The position numbers and the translations under genes were made by a program. 64,000 bases of DNA from Tubiluchus corallicola (Eukaryota > Animalia > Priapulida): contig JAQGDQ010000235.1 of the NCBI GenBank assembly GCA_030141605.1, forward strand, positions 247,078-311,077, read 5' to 3'. The first letter of the stretch is position 1, and each line of letters begins with the position of its first letter. Below, one piece after another: positions 60,301-64,000 of this stretch. A model generated the notes under the pieces. That model was not told where the DNA came from, did no database searches, and worked only from the letters and a program-made list of their open reading frames with translations.

Positions 60301-63237
60301 AAACCTTGTACGAATTTAAGTAAATTCTTAGGTTACGTAACCTTGTGAATTACACCGTAAGCCTAAGAACATTCTTATGTTAAATCTTTCGAATAAATAA
60401 ATTCGAAAGAAACTTTTTGAAACAACACCCCCCTCCCCCAGTCATATACTGTAAGTGTAATTCACCGTATAATTACACATTTCTAAAAAAATGTTCCATA
60501 GGCCCGAATAACAAATTTCATATAAGTCTATTCAACACAAAGTGATGTTAAATGGAAACAGCTAGGCATAGCAGCAAAGTACAGATTCTCGCTCACTGAA
60601 GTTAATGCTACTGTGACTGATGCTGTTATTAGGATATTGAACTTATTAGTCACAAATCAATAATGGGCCAATATTGAATATAATGCTATTACTTGTTTTT
60701 ATTTTTTTTGCTAATAAAAGGATAAAAGATGGTTTTTTTATCCTTTAAACTATGCACCATCTAAATCTGTGAACCTGTATTATTTTAAGCATATTCATTT
60801 TTATGATGTATAACTTAGTAGTGACATTAGTAGTGGCAAGTGTTTGTGATGCCCTGGGGCAAAAGAAATGGCGCTCTACCCTTTTAATATTTTGATCATT
60901 TGTTTCGTGGGTGAAACCAAAAGTTGTGGAAGATTTCACATCCATGAGACCACTTTCCTTTTTCAGCATAATGAGACAAAGTTGAACGAATTTCTTCTAA
61001 GAATCACCCTGAATATGATTTGGAGTACTGCACAAAAATAATCTTTTCTATACTTGGTCTAGCCAAAATTGCTCATTACACGACACACTCGTTTAACATT
61101 TTGCTCCAACATTAAAACATGCAAAGATTACGAAACATACAGAACACCGCAGTTTTTCACGATAGTACAACCAGCAATTAGAGAATATTGCCACTGTTTC
61201 TCTAAAATTTATCTATCTGCTAAACCAAGCACTACTCGCAAGATGCTGCTAAGTAGCAACGTTAGCCTTTTTTGTAGGCTATACGTAGTAATTAAATAAG
61301 CTACGATGATCTGACTAGGCAATTTTGCTGTAGTTTAAAAACTTTTGTTAATTGGTAATATCAGCTTAGTAATTAAGAATTAACAGTCATTAAACTCTAG
61401 AAGTTCGCTCCCTCTCACGCTTGCGTCTGGGGACGATTGCCCCCTGCCGCCACCCCCTTCTTACGCAATCTGTTTTGATGACAAATAAATATAATAAACA
61501 GGCCAGACCATGGAAATTTATCTGCAAGAAAGGGATCGGAAAGTTATTCTGGTAGTGTTAATATTGCCAAAATCAAGCCAGCCAAATAATTTTATTGCAG
61601 ATATGCATGTGCTTTCATTAGGCTTCATAATTATCATCATCATCGTATAATTTCTGCTTATGTTACTTTACTATTTTATCATTTTGACAAGAAAATCAAT
61701 GGTTAGGTGTAACTGAAGTGAGTATAGTATCCAGAGTTCTGCAACTCAGCAACAGAAAAATAGTACTGACTCATTATGTCACATCATCTAAATTTGACAA
61801 AATCTGTATTACCTTCAGTTTTGATACAGAGTTCAATTTAAAATTAGGCACAATTCAATATCTGTACAGCATATCTATTGCCTTGTATCAAGTTGTATCT
61901 AATTAAGTCTTTCAGTCTGTGTCGTATTTGATGCCAAACTTACAAGGTCATAAGCAGACATAATTACCAAGGCCGCGGTCAAGTCCGAGGCTGCTGCATA
62001 AAATTTGTGTTACTATTGCATTAGTGCATTTACCGGTCGCAGCTTCTACCTTTGGGAACAAATCGCCGTGGCTTTTTTGGTGCTGTAATGGTATTATGGT
62101 GTTGGGATTTTCTAATTATTTAATAATGTATTTCAGGTTGTCTTCTGTTTGACTTTACATTGCTAACAAAAGCTTGTTAGTAACCATTGCATACAATCAA
62201 ACGATAAAAATTGTTCAGTCGTTTTTAGACTGAATTTCTAAAACCAGTATCAATTCCTAAGAATTTTCTAATCAGCAAAATAGAAAAATTCTAAGGGTTG
62301 CCAACTTATTATTTGAAGGTAACTATGTCAAGTCTAACAATTTGCTTCTAGAGATCTGATGCAAGCTGAATACACCCACCATGCAAGCGTTATGACACTC
62401 GTCATATTATTCCCACACAGTGAGGTCATCAATATTCGAACTCGAGACACCCTAAAACATCTAAAATGACAATTCGATGACTATATATGTAATAGACTGT
62501 ACTAAAAGTGCTATTTTGGTCGCCATGTTGGGGAGGGAACAATAAAACTTTTAGGGCCATGCTGATTCTTATAGTACACAACATTTGAGTGTATTTATGC
62601 AGCATATTAGTGTGCATAAAGGGGACACAGATGATGCTCACCTGTTTTGCAAGGTGATTCAAATTACGTTAGATTAGGACTATTTATTTTACACTTATAA
62701 TAGTTATTAGAATTTCCACTAAAACAAACATGTAAAGGCAGAATTTTTAGCTTTAAAGTCTCAGGCAGGCCTTAAAAACACACTTTTTTTACAAAAATGA
62801 GAAGGAAACTCAACTGTTGTTTTGTTGGCCAAAGCTGATTATATACAGGGAATGAATATTTTATTTTATCAAAAAGATCAATTTTTTTCCAATGAACTTT
62901 TGCAATAGTAAGGAGTTTAATTTTATTACCAGTTTAATTGCTCTTTGCTGAACAATTTGAAGCTGCTTGCAAAGAAGCTTAGTCCTTGAGGATCAAGACC
63001 TGCTATCTTGTATGATCTAACTAAGATTCGCAAAAGGGATCACCTTGTACCTCCTATAATGTCGGAACACTTTGTTATGATTTTGGTTTTGTTTCAGATT
63101 AAACTTTTAGCAGAAAAAGCTTTTACACAGAAAAAAGGTAAAAAATGGACACAGCAGGATATTATGGAGCTGCCACAAGACATTATGACAAAACTCCCAC
63201 CACAGGTTTTTAAACAGATTAGCCAAGTAGATATGAG
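4501..63237 (+). CDS. Multi-exon extracellular mosaic protein (partial): 6x Lustrin-type Cys-rich, WAP, Kunitz, P/T linker, mesothelin/otoancorin/stereocilin-like repeats; may be two adjacent genes split near 24-25 kb
   Basis: 21 exons with AG/GT boundaries and a continuous open frame: 4501-4725, 5245-5409, 7236-7397, 12470-12628, 14117-14278, 19805-19984, 21681-21884, 23772-23945, 26006-26071, 29716-29922, 30541-30603, 32415-32447, 32680-32692, 33702-33825, 44990-45130, 47393-47580, 48802-49036, 49575-49726, 50445-50592, 54056-54298, 63098-63237. Several N-glycosylation sequons (NGT, NLT, NIT, NMS, NWT, NDT, NKS). Confidence 0.7.
4558..5928 (+). repeat. Recent tandem duplication of about 685 bp (about 4558-5244 and 5245-5928) containing part of an exon plus intron
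   Basis: The two copies are near-identical by eye across exon and intron, and both end in ttgtgatgtcattaatag. Confidence 0.95.
5245..5409 (+). CDS. Exon: Lustrin-type repeat 2 (duplicate of repeat 1; phase 1-1)
   Basis: cattaatag| ... |gtaatg; DGDPVLSLYCGGKVPYYEDPSKQPFFCSEIQRCPNGYMCKMEVFDDIAINVCCPK. The acceptor has a weak pyrimidine tract. Confidence 0.7.
6728..7057. mobile_element. Tc1/mariner-pogo (Tigger-like) MITE
   Basis: 24-bp TIRs CAGTC(C/G)ACCCTCGTTAAACCGGAC with one mismatch, flanked by TA on both sides; no ORF. Confidence 0.92.
7236..7397 (+). CDS. Exon: Lustrin-type repeat 3 (phase 1-1)
   Basis: ttttttcag| ... |gtaatt; VISYAELCNGQEPELDPATNRPIDCKREKCPSGSECKISWGSVGVQVLHTCCPR. Confidence 0.9.
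7520..11100 (-). mobile_element. Degenerate non-LTR retrotransposon (I/Jockey-group-like): ORF1 with three zinc knuckles, APE endonuclease, N-terminal part of RT
   Basis: Minus strand: CFKGQEYKHIAQGC..CGKCAGKHQTDEC..CGNCGESHTAWVEKC (about 9600-9760); LLQIN..IDLVAIQET (about 9400-9500); YRPI, QEGF, IEFERAFDNVW..GLLLKL and VPRGPVL (about 7670-8070). Many stops and frameshifts. Confidence 0.88.
12470..12628 (+). CDS. Exon: Lustrin-type repeat 4 (phase 1-1)
   Basis: tatatag| ... |gtaagc; ASEISLCKNGTEPYFHPATKEVLQCQSAENCPIHYTCETVESKGTTSSACCPK. Confidence 0.9.
13360..13490. repeat. Cluster of GACTCG/GACTTG motifs, probable DNA-transposon (hAT-type) subterminal remnant
   Basis: Repeated gactcg, gacttg and gacttaacttg motifs; no TIR pair or TSD identified. 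Confidence 0.35.
14117..14278 (+). CDS. Exon: Lustrin-type repeat 5 (phase 1-1; not in ORF track)
   Basis: ttctatgcag| ... |gtaagc; HLSFDHYCNGQGAYLDPKSNWPLRCDYNHECPHGYRCTFIKRRGIFVEMACCPT. Confidence 0.92.
14700..17050 (-). mobile_element. Decayed Gypsy-type LTR retrotransposon fragment (gag-PR-RT)
   Basis: Minus strand: protease PDSGSDMN (about 16000), ARKPQPIPVYLRDAV (about 15600), RT-like segments at 15200-15420, VRTFLGMTGYLSK (about 14900). Heavily disrupted. Confidence 0.8.
17160..17560 (+). mobile_element. Tigger/pogo transposase C-terminal fragment (homologous copies at about 31230-31560 and 34960-35130 on the minus strand)
   Basis: Translates with frameshifts as ..CENNSDRDQSSEVRHDVGNALQY*KEVLAAKKKKSMQPTLGFF, resembling the Tigger C-terminus; alignable by eye with the two minus-strand copies. 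Confidence 0.6.
17800..18670 (+). mobile_element. Internally deleted pogo/Tigger DNA transposon with CENP-B-type HTH transposase N-terminus
   Basis: KDLAVKGKLKIFEQ..AAAQLKISQITLSRI..LWFTNEREKDARVNAPLKRQKAEHLAKKIGKEDFVTIDGG; right end ..ctattaagtggctcatactg|TA; shares sequence with the MITE at 51197-52031. Left end not defined. Confidence 0.8.
19805..19984 (+). CDS. Exon: Lustrin-type repeat 6 with long charged loop (phase 1-1)
   Basis: tttgttgcag| ... |gtaatt; DNFLGCNGREVALYPWSREPYSCDTCPRGYECSTEQNKQKDAKELSQQKDDTTFQGCCPI. Confidence 0.9.
20640..21310 (-). pseudogene. Decayed coding-like remnant of unknown family (probably TE-derived)
   Basis: Overlapping minus-strand ORFs with protein-like composition broken by stops and frameshifts; no motif recognised. 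Confidence 0.3.
21681..21884 (+). CDS. Exon: divergent WAP (four-disulfide core)-like domain (phase 1-1)
   Basis: ccattttcag| ... |gtaaga; 8 Cys in the order CP..C..C..C..CC..C..C..P: VKLVCPIVSWARLDKCSARLKSRKCYPTGTAVPKSKGRFSCAKDEMCCKAPQPCAKEGIDFICLKPVP. Confidence 0.82.
23772..23945 (+). CDS. Exon: Kunitz/BPTI-type domain (phase 1-1)
   Basis: tttcttggcag| ... |gtaatt; CSVPLPRAMCLIVARLGWHFHPKLRKCVTFPFSRCPGIINNFPTKSLCEKEC, with 6 Cys, the NNF motif and a CxxxC end. Confidence 0.92.
24709..24778 (+). other. Signal-peptide-like segment ending in a phase-1 donor but lacking an in-frame ATG
   Basis: taa ATC AAC AGC AGA ... TTA G|gtatgt reads (I)NSRFKTRLVFYFLIILLAVGQL, in phase with exon 26006. 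Confidence 0.45.
26006..26071 (+). CDS. Exon: short 2-Cys linker (phase 1-1)
   Basis: ttttatctctacag| ... |gtatgt; VIDPRDKEMCQNRDDCYSPVEN. Confidence 0.75.
26440..27210 (-). mobile_element. LINE (CR1/L2-like) RT fragment, degenerate
   Basis: Minus strand ..TVLGPILILYVNN (about 27150-27190) and VKFFGVKVNNLLSWADQ (about 26600-26640). Confidence 0.65.
27230..28230 (+). mobile_element. LINE RT C-terminal fragment, degenerate
   Basis: KVLGLVIDDHLSFNDHAKKV (about 27265-27325) followed by disrupted ORF2-like sequence. Confidence 0.6.
29716..29922 (+). CDS. Exon: Pro/Thr/Ser-rich linker (phase 1-1)
   Basis: tgtgttgcag| ... |gtaagt; LALYDQYYIDLPQVESTVMSTIPYGSSVPRTIEPTPDIDPTPILPGWNVKEPKMHPLSIVANQITARSS. 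Confidence 0.85.
30301..30494. mobile_element. Small MITE-like foldback element
   Basis: CCATAGAGACATTGCTAGGTT pairs with the reverse complement of AACCTAGCAATCTTTCTCTGG (18 of 21); TSD not identified. Confidence 0.65.
30541..30603 (+). CDS. Exon: short acidic linker (phase 1-1)
   Basis: tttttttcag| ... |gtcagt; VLVAQKDVSKLEEQEQACWDE. Confidence 0.75.
31230..31965 (-). mobile_element. Tigger-like non-autonomous remnant
   Basis: 31230-31560 is homologous to 17260-17520; repeated catcgtt motifs ending ..cttactata at about 31960 resemble Tigger subterminal/TIR sequence. Confidence 0.5.
32415..32447 (+). CDS. 33-nt basic exon (phase 1-1)
   Basis: atatttttag| ... |gtaagt; AKKSRDKAFLR. Confidence 0.7.
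32680..32692 (+). CDS. 13-nt microexon (phase 1-2)
   Basis: ttgttttgttttcttgcag|AGATGAAGAAGTG|gtaagt; supplies exactly the phase change needed to join exon 33702 (KMKKW). Confidence 0.78.
33702..33825 (+). CDS. Exon: start of helical-repeat region (phase 2-0)
   Basis: atttattctag| ... |gtatgt; WMKNGLLCTQITILLDFRMMNVEDVTLDDLLKLPPEIFKYLE. Confidence 0.85.
35800..36640 (-). mobile_element. 5' UTR and ORF1 N-terminus of an L2/CR1-group LINE
   Basis: Minus strand NELLAYMIHHMQKYSVKDMKNTICNFYNKEEIWKTKRIL..RRGSS..MDDIMAAMQKLDEE, resembling CR1/L2-group ORF1 starts. Confidence 0.55.
36700..40130 (-). mobile_element. L2/CR1-group LINE: ORF1 C-terminus, APE endonuclease and RT; degenerate, 5'-truncated
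   Basis: YKSFKITI..VFKPEFWPCDV (39700-39830); FISFNSRDLK..DILLLQEHW (39560-39680); LLDASKPFEKVN; NGVRQGANFSPVLFGVYLDGLL (37700-37770). Confidence 0.9.
40560..42900 (-). mobile_element. Gmr1-like Gypsy retrotransposon remnant (gag/SCAN-like, protease, integrase; no RT between PR and IN)
   Basis: YEHFMDMITQEVFNLWLNKNFIHKLDKAA (42570-42660); LRDTGASRSLV (about 42180-42212); ELAHDIP..CSSCQK; PLPVVKKPF..IGPLPRSKAGSKFALVIAD; ILSHRGTQFTS; TPYHPQT; WDELLPFVLFA..SPFKLVYG. Confidence 0.8.
43401..43685. repeat. Compound microsatellite (TACTA)n-(TACTG)n-(TACTA)n-(CT)n
   Basis: Directly visible tandem pentamer and dimer arrays. Confidence 0.98.
44990..45130 (+). CDS. Exon: helical-repeat region (phase 0-0; not in ORF track)
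   Basis: ttttaatag| ... |gtatgt; IQHFSNLTPEDVLALLQAHKITDRLSASKMFRGVPIETYKNITKAIV. Confidence 0.85.
45197..45321. repeat. (GT)n microsatellite
   Basis: Directly visible. Confidence 0.98.
45880..46185. repeat. Degenerate (CACCA)n low-complexity tract followed by (GAT)n
   Basis: Directly visible; a related inverted tract lies at about 44100-44225. Confidence 0.8.
47393..47580 (+). CDS. Exon: mesothelin/otoancorin/stereocilin-like repeat (phase 0-2)
   Basis: ttgcatttag| ... |gtaagt; NMSVTTHDPPLVRGIVTASVRQLGLPKYWRKEDISLLGPLIVFCPPGWFKLMKMNDNELVEF, matching the G-x-P-x-x-W-x-x-E-D-x-x-x-LGPL pattern. Confidence 0.85.
48802..49036 (+). CDS. Exon: helical repeat (phase 2-0)
   Basis: ctttttgtag| ... 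|gtgagt; LDQVTEAPYSED...LLEKDDPSNWTDQEINKRALLLAQMRPNKLQKMDPSK. Confidence 0.88.
49575..49726 (+). CDS. Exon: helical-repeat region (phase 0-2; not in ORF track)
   Basis: ccattctgtag| ... |gtatgt; FTQSVISKVGKVSWLPVEGKIVVNKIFEGMKRPVGSRPQQQDSLVLPILM. Confidence 0.82.
50445..50592 (+). CDS. Exon: helical-repeat region (phase 2-0; not in ORF track)
   Basis: atattccag| ... |gtaagt; DMPMLVEHLSWDQWVDTAIMIKKTKNDTAKWDFFDLFKNSVTAANRRTVQ. Confidence 0.82.
51197..52031. mobile_element. pogo/Tigger-like MITE, relative of the element at 17.8-18.7 kb
   Basis: 26-bp TIRs CAGTAGTCGC(T/C)GCTTAATAGA(T/C)TCAC; right flank TA, left flank TG; 51380-51590 aligns by eye with 17840-18055. Confidence 0.88.
53201..53263. 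repeat. (GT)n/(GTGC) microsatellite
   Basis: Directly visible. Confidence 0.95.
54056..54298 (+). CDS. Exon: helical-repeat region (phase 0-0)
   Basis: ttttttttgcag| ... |gttggt; YQNLLLYMILPDSIVNDD...LTQLPSKAIGETPDPFDAEFLDRLASTGTLSDLK. Confidence 0.85.
56330..59400 (-). mobile_element. Decayed P-element-superfamily transposon (THAP domain plus THAP9-like transposase)
   Basis: FPEN..W..KHFLCSAHFLESDF (THAP, about 59180-59290); HWRHPVAFF; IYVIFDVYHLEKLPRNLL; MNVKLAVQTLS; TEATKEFI..FNTLNSRNPF; late CEYC motif. Many stops and frameshifts; TIRs not identified. Confidence 0.88.
59820..60190. mobile_element. GC-richer short interspersed element with (TA)n, possibly Helentron-associated (HINE/DINE-1-like)
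   Basis: Sharp GC increase, a gacctttcgtttgatat motif and an adjacent (TA)n run; the family assignment is tentative. Confidence 0.4.
63098..63237 (+). CDS. Exon: helical repeat (phase 0-2); gene continues beyond the window
   Basis: ttttgtttcag| ... |gttagt; IKLLAEKAFTQKKGKKWTQQDIMELPQDIMTKLPPQVFKQISQVDM. Confidence 0.88.
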
Positions 63238-64000
63238 GTTAGTAAACTGATTTTTCATTTATGTAAACAAGAAAATTTAATTGTGGTAATCTTTCCTATC
63301 GTTTGTCTTTCCAATTTGACTTTTCTTCACATTGTCAGTTTTTTATGATTTATTTGTTTTTTACAACCTGCCTGAAGTTCACTCCTTCAGGTTTTTAAAT
63401 TTTATTTAGCTATCCAAACTGATAAGGCAGTAGAGAAATGCTTTGATTTTCTGTTTTTTTTTTGTTTGTTTGTTTTAGGAAATTAAGCTCTGAATATCAC
63501 GAGTGTATTGTGAATTTAAGCAGTGAAAGTATTTAAATGATTGGCTTTAAATTGATAATTCTTGTAAGCTTATAATATTGTTAATAATATTGTGCAGGAC
63601 ATTTTGCCTATAGGGTCTTAGGAAATCAAATGCTATTCGTAATTATATTAAATAGTCATTTTTAATGAACAAATTCTGTTACAGCACTTTTATTTGAATG
63701 ATAGACAAAGGATTTTTTTCATGTAAAAATGATATATTGTGTCTATGCATACTGGTAGGTTAGCTAACTCTGCCCTTGTGAATGGAATATTTTTTGTTTT
63801 TTTAAAATGTTTGAGCTTGTGCAGATTTAAACAAGGACACTATCACTATATCAACAACAGAATCTACAAAAAAAAATAGGCAGGAGAGCAAGGGCAGCTG
63901 AAAACCCCAATTCACTGTACTTTTACTTTTATATAGAAAACAACGACAAAGTAATTAAAATATGTGCATAATTATTGATGAATATTACATTTTTACAATA

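Noticed and set aside
1-64000. CRISPR arrays, tRNA/rRNA genes, prokaryotic operons or defence systems
   Set aside because: None recognisable; the exon-intron structure and metazoan transposon content indicate animal nuclear DNA.

Overview
AT-rich eukaryotic (metazoan, probably invertebrate) genomic DNA. No prokaryotic features, RNA genes or CRISPR arrays were seen. The window is dominated by a + strand intron-rich locus. By hand I assembled 21 GT-AG exons between 4501 and 63237 (3184 nt, about 1060 codons) that join with consistent phase and no stop codon; the model is open at both ends. The predicted protein reads, in order: a dibasic pro-like leader, six Lustrin/WR1-type 6-Cys repeats, a divergent WAP domain, a divergent Kunitz domain, a Pro/Thr-rich linker, a basic linker encoded by a 33-nt exon and a 13-nt microexon, and helical repeats resembling the mesothelin/otoancorin/stereocilin superfamily. 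I do not know this domain combination from a described protein. Between the two halves (24.2-24.8 kb) lie two candidate stop-bearing exons and a signal-peptide-like exon that has ATC where an ATG would be expected. The locus may therefore be a fusion/read-through gene or two tightly linked genes. The introns carry decayed mobile elements, mostly antisense: Gypsy remnants (one Gmr1-like), an I/Jockey-type LINE, L2/CR1-type LINEs, a THAP/P-element transposase, Tigger/pogo fragments, MITEs and microsatellites. All domain calls come from motif recognition by eye; no database search was run.
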